Assembly (NCBI RefSeq): GCF_022045235.1
Contig: NW_027266271.1
Span: forward strand, 124,001 to 188,000
DNA from: Haliotis cracherodii
Taxonomy: Eukaryota
Direction of reading: 5' to 3'
DNA length: 64,000 nucleotides
The notes under the pieces are model-generated. The model ran no database searches. It had not been told where the DNA came from and saw only the letters and a list, made by a program, of their open reading frames with translations. Made by a program: the position numbers and the translations under genes. Within the stretch, counting starts at the first letter, position 1. Each line of letters begins with the position of its first letter. This document shows positions 12,534 to 24,500 of the stretch, piece after piece.

Positions 12534-13150
12534 TGAAATCTCGATAATGCGTCAGCAATAATGTTATCGTGCGTACTCAGGTACTTAGCTTTGAAAACAA
12601 TGTTAAATTTGAGGGAAAGCAGAACAAGCTGTCTGACCAATGACATCGTCTTAGGCCCTTTACAGGATTGTTTGTTGAGAATGTACACTACCGCTTGGTT
12701 ATCACAGTTGAATAAGACTTTCTTGTTAGCCAGAGACTTACCCCACAATCGCATAGACAACGCAATTGGAAATAACTCCAGTAATGTCATACCTCTAGTG
12801 GTAACGTCCTCAACCCAATGCCGGGGCCACTTTCCCGAGACCCAGTGTCCTTGAAAATATGCACCAAAGCCTGCACTGCCGGCAGCATCCGTGTATAGCT
12901 GCAGGGTTTCATTGTCGTCCCACTCACTTTCCTGAAACACTGATATACCATTGAAACCCGACAAGAATGTTAGCCACATAGATAGGTCCTGTTTTACCCA
13001 CCGTGTAATCCGGATTCTATGATGCGGCGATTTTACAGTGCACATGCGGTCAATTAATCTGCGGCAGAATGCACGACCCATCGGTATAGCGCGGCATATG
13101 AAATTGAGTTTACCCACCAGTGACTGCAACTGGTGCTTTGTGATCTTATT
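12455..13150 (-). pseudogene. RT connection and RNase H (DIRS1-type) domain
   Basis: QSLVGKLNF, LYTDAAGSAGFG, ELFPI, FNCDNQAV, NIIADALSR. Separated from RT by a frameshift in an A-run near 13155. Confidence 0.92.
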
Positions 13151-14090
13151 TTTACCTTTTCAATCAAGCCCCTGATCTCCATGGTAACAGCGCCGATTTT
13201 GTCTTGTGGTATGCGCACCTGCATAGCCATCGTGTCGATCTCGAGACCCAGAAACGTGATGCAGGTAGTGGGTTCCACTGTTTTCTCGGGAGCTACCGGA
13301 ACACCAAATTGGCTCAAACGGTTGAGACAAATATGCAGGTTTTGGTTACATTCAGCTGTGCCTGACTTACCCCCTGTGAGAAAATCGTCCAAATAGTGCA
13401 TAAGCTGGCCGTTTGGGAGGTCCTGCTGCATACACCACTGTAGAAAGGAACTAAACTTTTCAAAGATTGAACATGAACTTGCACAACCGAAAGGCAAACA
13501 TTTGTCAAAATAAGCCTTGGAAATTGATACCCAGTAGTTCAAAGTCGGCCGGATGTACGGGAATTATCCTGAAAGCTGACTTTATGTCAAATTTTGCTAA
13601 CTGAGCTGCTTGGCCAAGCTGTTGTACCATGGCCACAGCTTCGTCAAAGCGTGCGTAGGTAACAGAGCACTCTTGTTGTGGAATATTATCATTAATTGAA
13701 GTACCCTGTGGGAATGAAAGATGATGAATTAATCTATACTTGTCCTGAACAGGCCTGTGAACGGATGTGGTGTCTTGCTTCTTTGGGACCAAGCCAATAG
13801 GCGACACTTGCAAATTTTCGAATGGTGGGTCGTAGTAGGGCCCAGCTATCCTACCCAACATGACTTCTTTATCCAGCTTGGCCTTGACTATGGATTGTAA
13901 CTCAGGTTGTTTGACCGACGACAAGTTACCTGCAGACCTAAACAGGCGGGGTCCCTGATAACCTAGGCAAAAACCCCTTTGGAAACCATCAAACAAACTT
14001 AATGCATGAAATGCATTTACGCTGGAATAGGGTAGCAGATACGGAAGTAAATTACTTAGCTTGACTGGAGATGGTGCTAGTGACGTTAGG
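13130..14090 (-). pseudogene. Reverse transcriptase of the Ngaro element (frameshift near 13515)
   Basis: SPIGLVPKK, YRLIHHLS, KFDIKSAFR, DKCLPFG, HYLDDFL, EKT, FLGLEID. Confidence 0.93.
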
Positions 14091-15249
14091 CTTCTGACGC
14101 TGGTTACCTGTGCTTCCGGGATGGGAGTTGTTTGTTGAAGACTGGGCCCGACGCTCCCTAGGCCCTGTGCCTCGAACGCAGATACCAGCGGCGGCCCCGT
14201 GCGTGGTATTCCCACACTTCCCACACTTGTGCAGATACCTACAGGTTGGTCGGCTACATGCACCTTTATTGAAATCCCAGCAAACATTATTTGGAAAGGC
14301 ACTGTTACTGCGATTTGTAACCCTTACCTGCGCTGAAGCCCGTTGCTGTTGCTGTGGCAACATATGTCGTAACCACAGATCACCATCGATCCGGCCCCAC
14401 TGCCTTGTCGGGTCCCTTGCCATCCTGTGGCGGAATTGCCTGTCATATGTCACCCATCCCTCGCCACCAAATTTGAGAGCGGCCCCACGGACAGATTCTA
14501 GATAAGATAACATACCCTGAACAACAGAGAGTGAACAATGTTTTCCAAGATATATGGACATATACACATGAAAGGCTGTGGTCCAAGCCCCTAGACCCAT
14601 CGGTTTACCTGAGCTGCCCCGCGACTGCGCAGGTGCAAACATCACTGTACCTGTTTGATCCGATACCAAACTGAACGTCCCTTCGTCCTCGTCGCTATTC
14701 TCCGACAGCTTAGGGCTAAGTAGCTGCAGGTCAACGTACTCCCCTTTCCATATCCTTTCGCGTGGAGATTGTTTAATGTGGGCGCCAATAGTTTATGCGC
14801 TGTACGAGTGGGGGTCTACCGAAGATGAGACGGATGGAAGGAATGCCATATTATGGTGATCGGATGAGCCAGCTTGAGGTCAGGTCTCATGGGCATCCGT
14901 AGCGGTTGGCGGAGTGAAATTGGAAGTTCGACATTGATTCGTATGAGTTTGAGAATCCTGGGTAACATTGTGATTGTTGTGAAGAAGTAAAATGGCTTGC
15001 AAATGCTCCGTAAAAATCGTTAACAGATGACGGAGCGGTAATTGGAGAATTGACCGAATTAGGTAACAATAATGCGGGATCAACACGTACGGTAGATTGG
15101 GGCACCGATTGTGAAGAACTAGCAAAACAAGATAACTCACCCGTTGGATCAGTTGTAAACGCCGATTGCCTTGTCCTCGGCTGTTTTGCCTTGCTCGCAG
15201 CCCCTTTCACCAGACGATGATTAATAGATGCTCTGCGTTTAGGAGGCAT
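14052..15249 (-). pseudogene. Gag-like ORF1 of the Ngaro element with C-terminal Cys/His finger; one frameshift and two stops
   Basis: Starts MPPKRR (ATG at 15249). Contains IGAHIK...RIWKGEYVDL, WTTAFHVY, WVTYDRQFR and CWDFNKGACSRPTCRYLHKCGKCGNTTH. Confidence 0.85.
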
Positions 15250-15506
15250 CTTAGTGACCAAAATAAACAGTTAAAACTGAACTGTGAACGCTATAGATAG
15301 CGCAGCAACCAAGAGCAGCGAAAGGCAAAAGATAGCAAGTGATGACGTCACCAGTTACGGGGTTAGACGTTGTGACGTCACCTGAAAGGAGCTGGCGGGA
15401 CAATGATGTCATAGTGTAAACAAGGGAAAAGAAAAAACAGGAAATGGAAAAGAAGATGGTTGAGCGGATTTCAATCAACGCATTTAGTGTAGAGCAGTAA
15501 ATGAGA

Positions 15507-18500
15507 TTATGAATGTCGTTCTGCTCCTTGTAATACAAACATAAATCCAGCATTTTGTGTTGTTTAGTTTTATGAATGTCAGTCTGCTCTTTGTAATACA
15601 AACATGTATTCAGCATTTTCTGTTGTTTATTTTATGAATGTCAGTCTGCTCTGTGAAATACAAACATGTATCCAGCATTTTGTGTTGTTTAGTTTATATA
15701 TGTCAATCTGCTCTGTGTAATACAAACATGTATCTAGCATTGTTTGTTTTTTTTAATGCCAGTCTTCTCTGTGTAATATAAACATGTATTCAGCATTTGG
15801 TGTTTGCTAGTTTATGTATGTCAGTCTGGTCTGCGAAATACAAACATGTATCCAGCATTTTGTGTTTGCTAGTTTATGTATGTCCTTCTTTTCTGTGTAA
15901 TACAAACATGTATCCAGCATTTTGTGTTGTTTAGTTTATGAATGTCAGTCTGCTCTGTGTAATACAAACATGTATCCAGCATTGTGTGTTGTTTCGTCTA
16001 TGAATGTCAGCCTCCTCTGTGTAATACAAACATGTATCCAGCATTGTGTGTTGCTTAGTTTATGAATGTCAGTCTGCACTGTGTAATACAAACATGTATC
16101 CAGCATTTTGTGTTGTTTAGTTTTTGAATGTCAGTCTGCTCTGTGTAATACAAACATGTATCCAGCATTTTGTGTTGTTTAGACTATGAATGTCTGTCTG
16201 CTCTGTGTAATACAAACATGTATCCAGCATTTTGTGATGTTTAGTTTATGAATGTCAGTCTGCTTTGTGTAATACAAACATGTATCCAGCATTTGGTCTT
16301 TGCTAGTTTATGTATGCCGTTCTGCTCTTTGTAATACAAACATGTATCCAGCATTTTGTGTTTTTTTAGTTTTTGAATGTCAGCCTCCTCTGTGTAATAC
16401 AAACATGTATCCAGCATTTTGTGTTGCTTAGTTTATGAATGTCAGTCTGCACTGTGTAATACAAACATGTATCCAGCATTTTGTGTTGTTTAGTTTTTAA
16501 ATGTCAGTCTACTCTGTGTAATACAAACATGTATCCAGCATTTTGTGTTGTTTAGACTATGAATGTCTGTCTGCTCTGTGTAATACAAACATGTATCCAG
16601 CATTTTGTGATGTTTAGTTTTTGAATGTCAGTCTGCTCTGTGGAATATAAAGGTGTATCCAGCATTTGGTGTTTGCTAGTTTATGTACGTCAGTCTGCTC
16701 TGTGTAATATAAACATGTATCCAACTTTTAGTGTTGTTTAGTTTATGTATATCAGTCTGGTCTGTGTAATACAAACATATATCCAGCATTTAGTGTTGTC
16801 TAGTTTATGTATGTCAGTCTGCTCTGTGTAATACAAACATGTATCCAGCATTTGGTGTTTGCTTGTTTATGTATGTGGTTCTGCTCTGTGTAATACAAAC
16901 ATTTATCCAGCATTTGGTGTTCTTATGTCTATGAATGTCAGTCTGCTCTGTGTAATACAAACATGTATCCAACATTTTGTGTTGTTTAGTTTATGAATGT
17001 CAATCTGCTTAGTGTAATACAAACATGTATCCAGCATTTTGTGATGTTTAGTTTATGAATGTCAATCCGCTATGTGTAATACAAACATGTATCCAGCATT
17101 TGGTCTTTGCTAGTTTATGTATGCCGTTCTGCTCTTTGTAATACAAACATGTATCCAGCATTTTGTGTTGTTTAGTCTATGAATGTCAGCCTCCTCTGTG
17201 TAATACAAACATGTATCCAGCATTTAGTGTTGTTTAGTTTATGAATGTCGTTCTGCTCTGTGTAATACAAACATGTATCCAGCATTTAGTGTTGTTTGGT
17301 TTTTGAATGTCAGTCTGCTCTGTGGAATATAAACGTGTATCCAGGATTTGGTGTTTGCTAGTTTATGTATGTCAGTCTGCTCTGTGTAATACAAACATGT
17401 ATCCAGCTTTGAGTGTTGTTTAGTTTATGTATGTCAGTCTGCTTTGTGTAATACAAATCTGTATCCAACATTTAGTGTTGTCTAGTTTATGAATGTCAGT
17501 CTGCTCTGTGTAATACAAACATGTATCCAGCATTTGGTTATGTTTAGTTTATGAATGTCGTTCTGCTCTGTGTAATACAAACATGTATCCAGCCTTTTGT
17601 GTTCTTTATGAATGTCAGTCTGCTCTTTGTAATACAAACATGTATCCAGTATTTTGTGTTTTTTTAGTTTATGAATGTCGTTCTGCTCTGTGTAATACAA
17701 ACATGTATCCAGCATTTGGTGTTTGCTTGTTTATGTATGTCGTTCTGGTCTGTGTAATACAAACATGTATCCAGCATTTGGTGATGTTTTGTTTATAAAT
17801 GTCGTTCTGCTCTTTGTAATGCAAACATGTATCCAGCATTTGGTGTTCTTATGTCCATGAATGTCAGTCTGCTCTTTGTAATACAAACATGTATCCAGCA
17901 TTTTGTGTTTTTTTAGTTTTTGAATGTCAGTCTGCTCTGTGTAATACAAACATGTATCCAGCATTTAGTGTTGTTTAGTTTATGAATTTCGTTCTGCTCT
18001 GTGTAATACAAACATGTATCTAGCATTGTTTGTTTTTTTCAATGTCAGTCTGCTCTGTGTAATATAAACATGTATCCAGCATTTGGTGTTTGCTAGTTTA
18101 TGTATGTCAGTCTGGTCTGCGAAATACAGACATGTATCCAGCATTTTGTGTTTGCTAGTTTATGTATGTCAGTCTGCTCTGTGTAATACAAACAGGTATC
18201 CAGCATTTTGTGTTGTTTAGTCTATGAATGTCAGCCTCCTCTGTGTAATACAAACATGTATCCAGCATTGTGTGTTCCTTAGTTTATGAATGTCAGTCTG
18301 CACTGTGTAATACAAACATGTATCCAGCATTTTGTGTTGTTTAGTTTTTGAATGTCAGTCTGCTCTGTGTAATACAAACATGTATCCAGCATTTTGTGTT
18401 GTTTAGACTATGAATGTCTGTCTGCTCTGTGTAATACAAACATGTATCAAGCATTTTGTGATGTTTAGTTTATGAATGTCAGTCTGCTTTGTGTAATACA

Positions 18501-21500
18501 AACATGTATCCAGCATTGTGTGTTGCTTAGTTTATGAATGTCAGTCTGCACTGTGTAATACAAACATGTATCCAGCATTTTGTGTTGTTTAGTTTTTGAA
18601 TGTCAGTCTACTCTGTGTAATACAAACATGTATCCAGCATTTTGTGTTGTTTAGACTATGAATGTCTGTCTGCTCTGTGTAATACAAACATGTATCCAGC
18701 ATTTTGTGATGTTTAGTTTTTGAATGTCAGTCTGCTCTGTGGAATATAAAGGTGTATCCAGCATTTGGTGTTTGCTAGTTTACGTACATCAGTCTGCTCT
18801 GTGTAATATAAACATGTATCCAACTTTTAGTGTTGTTTAGTTTATGTATATCAGTCTGGTCTGTGGAATACAAATATGTATCCAGCATTTAGTGTTGTCT
18901 AGTTTATGTATGTCAGTCTGCTCTGTGTAATACAAACATGTATCCAGCATTTGGTGTTTGCTTGTTTATGTATGTGGTTCTGCTCTGTGTAATACAAACA
19001 TTTATCCAGCATTTGGTGTTCTTATGTCTATGAATGTCAGTCTGCTCTGTGTAATACAAACATGTATCCAACATTTTGTGTTGTTTAGTTTATGAATGTC
19101 AATCTGCTTAGTGTAATACAAACATGTATCCAGCATTTTGTGATGTTTAGTTTATGAATGTCAATCCGCTATGTGTAATACAAACATGTATCCAGCATTT
19201 GGTCTTTGCTAGTTTATGTATGCCGTTCTGCTCTTTGTAATACAAACATGTATCCAGCATTTAGTGTTGTTTAGTTTATGAATGTCGTTCTGCTCTGTGT
19301 AATACAAACATGGATCTAGCATTGTTTTTTTTTTTTAATGTCAGTCTTCTCTGTGTAATATAAACATGTATCCAGCATTTGGTGTTTGCTAGTTTATGTA
19401 TGTCAGTCTGGTCTGCGAAATATAGATATGTATCCAGCATTTTGTGTTTGCTAGTTTATGTATGTCAGTCTGGTCTGCGAAATACAGACATGTATCCAGC
19501 ATTTTGTGTTTGCTAGTTTATGTATGTCAGTCTGCTCTGTGTAATACAAACATGTATCCAGCATTTTGTGTTGTTTAGTCTATGAATATCGTTCTGCTCT
19601 GTGTAATACAAACATGTATCCAGCCTTTTGTGTTCTTTATGAATGTCAGTCTGCTCTTTGTAATACAAACATGTATCCAGTATTTTGTGTTTTTTTAGTT
19701 TATTAATCTCAGTCTGCTCTGTGTAATACAAACATGTATCCAGCATTTGGTGTTTGCTTCTTTATGTATGTCGTTCTGGTCTGTGTAATACAAACATGTA
19801 TCCAGCATTTGGTGATGTTTTGTTTATGTATGTCGTTCTGCTCTGTGTAATACAAACATGTATCCAGCCTTTTGTGTTCTTTATGAATGTCAGTCTGCTC
19901 TTTGTAATACAAACATGTATCCAGCATTTTGTGTTTTTTTAGTTTTTGAATGTCAGTCTGCTCTGTGTAATACAAACATGTATCCAGCATTTTGTGTTGT
20001 TTAGTTTATGAATGTCGTTCTGCTCTGTGTAATACAAACATGTATCTAGCATTGTTTGTTTTTTTAATGTCAGTCTTCTCTGTGTAATATAAACATGTAT
20101 CCAGCATTTGGTGTTTGCTAGTTTATGTATGTCAGTCTGGTCTGCGAAATACAGACATGTATCCAGCATTTTGTGTTTGCTAGTTTATGTATGTCAGTCT
20201 GCTCTGTGTAATACAAACATGTATCCAGCATTTTGTGTTGTTTAGTCTATGAATGTCAGCCTCCTCTGTGTAATACAAACATGTATCCAGCATTGTGTGT
20301 TGCTTAGTTTATGAATGTCAGTCTGCACTGTGTAATACAAACATGTATCCAGCATTTTGTGTTGTTTAGTTTTTGAATGTCAGTCTGCTCTGTGTAATAC
20401 AAACATGTATCCAGCATTTTGTGTTGTTTAGACTATGAATGTCTGTCTGCTCTGTGTAATACAAACATCTATCAAGCATTTTGTGATGTTTAGTTTATGA
20501 ATGTCAGTCTGCTTTGTGTAATACAAACATGTATCCAGCATTTGGTCTTTGCTAGTTTATGTATGCCGTTCTGCTCTTTGTAATACAAACATGTATCCAG
20601 CATTGTGTGTTTTTTTAGTTTTTGAATGTCAGCCTCCTCTGTGTAATACAAACATGTATCCAGCATTGTGTGTTGCTTAGTTTATGAATGTCAGTCTGCA
20701 CTGTGTAATACAAACATGTATCCAGCATTTTGTGTTGTTTAGACTATGAATGTCTGTCTGCTCTGTGTAATACAAACATGTATCCAGCATTTTGTGATGT
20801 TTAGTTTTTGAATGTCAGTCTGCTCTGTGGAATATAAAGGTGTATCCAGCATTTGGTGTTTGCTAGTTTATGTACGTCAGTCTGCTCTGTGTAATATAAA
20901 CATGTATCCAACTTTTAGTGTTGTTTAGTTTATGTATATCAGTCTGGTCTGTGTAATACAAACATGTATCCAGCATTTAGTGTTCTCTAGTTTATGTATG
21001 TCAGTCTGCTCTGTGTAATACAAACATGTATCCAGCATTTGGTGTTTGCTTGTTTATGTATGTGGTTCTGCTCTGTGTAATACAAACATTTATCCAGCAT
21101 TTGGTGTTCTTATGTCTATGAATGTCAGTCTGCTCTGTGTAATACAAACATGTATCCAACATTTTGTGTTGTTTAGTTTATGAATGTCAATCTGCTTAGT
21201 GTAATACAAACATGTATCCAGCATTTTGTGATGTTTAGTTTATGAATGTCAATCTGCTATGTGTAATACAAACATGTATCCAGCATTTGGTCTTTGCTAG
21301 TTTATGTATGCCGTTCTGCTCTTTGTAATACAAACATGTATCCAGCATTTGGTGTTGTTTAGTCTATGAATGTCAGCCTCCTCTGTGTAATACAAACATG
21401 TATCCAGCATTTAGTGTTGTTTAGTTTATGAATGTCGTTCTGCTCTGTGTAATACAAACATGTATCCAGCATTTAGTGTTGTTTAGTTTTTGAATGTCAG

Positions 21501-24500
21501 TCTACTCTGTGGAATATAAACGTGTATCCAGGATTTGGTGTTTGCTAGTTTATGTATGTCAGTCTGCTCTGTGTAATACAAACATGTATCCAGCTTTGAA
21601 TGTTGTTTAGTTTATGTATGTGAGTCTGCTTTGTGTAATACAAATCTGTATCGAACATTTAGTGTTGTCTAGTTTATGAATGTCAGTCTGCTCTGTGTAA
21701 TACAAACATGTATCCAGCATTTGGTTATGTTTAGTTTATGAATGTCGTTCTGCTCTGTGTAATACAAACATGTATCCAGCCTTTTGTGGTCTTTATGAAT
21801 GTCAGTCTGCTCTTTGTAATACAAACATGTATCCAGTATTTTGTGTTTTTTTAGTTTATGAATGTCGTTCTGCTCTGTGTAATACAAACATGTATCCAGC
21901 ATTTGGTGTTTGCTTGTTTATGTATGTCGTTCTGGTCTGTGTAATACAAACATGTATCCAGCATTTGGTGATGTTTTGTTTATGAATGTCGTTCTGCTCT
22001 TTGTAATACAAACATGTATCCAGCCTTTTGTGTTCTTATGTCTATGAATCTCAGTCTGCTCTGTGTAATACAAACATGTATCCAGCATTTAGTGTTGTTT
22101 AGTTTTTGAATGCCAGTCTGCTCTGTGGAATATAAACGTGTATCCAGCATTTGGTGTTTGCCAGTTGATGTATGTCAGTCTGCTCTGTGTAATACAAACA
22201 TGTATCCAGCATTTGGTGTTTGCTTGTTTATGTATGTCGTTCTGGTCTGTGTAATACAAACATGTATCCAGCATTTGGTGATGTTTTGTTGATGAATGTC
22301 GTTCTGCTCTTTGTAATACAAACATGTATCCAGCATTTTGTGTTTTTTTAGTTTTTTAATGTCAGTCTGCTCTGTGTAATACAAACATGTATCCAGCATT
22401 TAGTGTTGTTTAGTTTATGAATGTCGTTCTGCTCTGTGTAATACAAACATGTATCCAGCATTTGGTGTTGTTTAGTTTTTGAATGTCAGTCTGCTCTGTG
22501 GAATATAAAGGTGTATTCAGCATTTTGTGTTTGCTTTTTTATGTTTGTCGTTCTCCTCTGTGTAATACAAACATGTATCCAGCATTTGGTAATGTTTAGT
22601 TTATGAATGTCAGTCTGCTCTTTGTAATACAAACATGTATCCAGCATTTGGTGATGTTTAGTTTATGTTTGTCGTTCTGCTCTGTGTAATACAAACATGT
22701 ATCCAGCATTTGGTAATGTTTAGTTTATGAATGTCAGTCTTCTCTTTGTAATACAAACATGTATCCAGCCTTTTGTGTTCTTATGTCTATGAATGTCAGT
22801 CTGCTCTTTGTAATAGAAACGTGTATCCAGCATTTTGTGTTTTTTTAGTTTATGAATGTCGTTCTGCTCTGTGTAATACAAACATGTATCCAGCATTTAG
22901 TGTTGTTTAGTTTTTGAATGCCAGTCTGCTCTGTGGAATATAAACGTGTATCCAGCATTTGGTGTTTGCCAGTTGATGTATGTCAGTCTGCTCTGTGTAA
23001 TACAAACATGTATCCAGCATTTGGTGTTTGCTTGTTTATGTATGTCGTTCTGGTCTGTGTAATACAAACATGTATCCAGCATTTGGTGATGTTTTGTTGA
23101 TGAATGTCGTTCTGCTCTTTGTAATGCAAACATGTATCGAGCATTTGGTGTTCTTATGTCTATGAATGTCAGTCTGCTCTTTGTAATACAAACATGTATC
23201 CAGCATTTTGTGGTTTTTTAGTTTATGAATGTCGTTCTGCTCTGTGTAATACAAACATGTATCCAGCATTTGGTGTTGTTTAGTTTTTGAATGTCAGTCT
23301 GCTCTGTGGAATATAAAGGTGTATTCAGCATTTTTTGTTTGCTTTTTTATGTTTGTCGCTCTGCTCTGTGTAATACAAACATGTATCCAGTATTTGGTAA
23401 TGTTTAGTTTATGAATGTCGTTCTGCTCTTTGTAATACAAACATGTATCCAGCCTTTTGTGTTCTTATGTCTATGAATCTCAGTCTGCTCTGTGTAATAG
23501 AAACATGTATCCAGCTTTTAGTGTTGTTTAGTTTATGTATGTCAGTCTGCTCTGTGTAATACAAACATGTATCCAGCATTCGGTGTTTGCTTGTTTATGA
23601 ATGTCGTTCTGCTCTTTGTAATACAAACATGTATCCAGCATTTTGTGTTCTTATGTCTATGAATGTCAGTCTGCTCTTTGTAATACAAACATGTATCCAG
23701 CATTTTGTGTTTTTTTAGTTGATGAATGTCAGTCTGCTCTGTGTAATACAAACATGTATCCAGCATTTAGTGTTGTTTAGTTTATGAATATCAGTCTGCT
23801 CTGTGTAATACAAACATGTATCCAGCATTTTGTGTTGTTTAGTTTATGAATGTCAATCTGCTCTGTGTAATACAAACATGTATCCAGCATTTTGTGTTGT
23901 TTAGTTTTTGAATGTCAGTCTACTCTGTGTAATACAAACATGTATCCAGCATTTTGTGTTGTTTAGTTTATGAATGTCGTTCTGCTCTGTGTAATACAAA
24001 CATGTATCCAGCATTTGGTGTTGTTTAGTTTTTGAATGTCAGTCTGCTCTGTGGAATATAAAGGTGTATTCAGCATTTTGTGTTTGCTTTTTTATGTTTG
24101 TCGTTCTGCTCTGTGTAATACAAACATGTATCCAGCATTTGGTAATGTTTAGTTTATGAATGTCAGTCTGCTCTTTGTAATACAAACATGTATCCAGCCT
24201 TTTGTGTTCTTATGTCTATGAATGTCAGTCTGCTCTTTGTAATAGAAACGTGTATCCAGCATTTTGTGTTTTTTTAGTTTATGAATGTCAGTCTGCTCTG
24301 TGTAATACAAACATGTATCCAGCATTTAGTGTTGTTTAGTTTTTGAATGCCAGTCTGCTCTGTGGAATATAAACGTGTATCCAGCATTTGGTGTTTGCCA
24401 GTTGATGTATGTCAGTCTGCTCTGTGTAATACAAACATGTATCCAGCATTTGGTGTTTGCTTGTTTATGTATGTCGTTCTGGTCTGTGTAATACAAACAT

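Larger units (their letters stand above)
10497..15510 (-). mobile_element. Ngaro-type (DIRS order) tyrosine-recombinase retrotransposon, apparently full-length but inactivated
   Basis: Order gag - RT - RNase H - tyrosine recombinase - SGNH hydrolase on the minus strand. Both ends are defined by in-register interruption of the 62-bp satellite. Confidence 0.93.
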
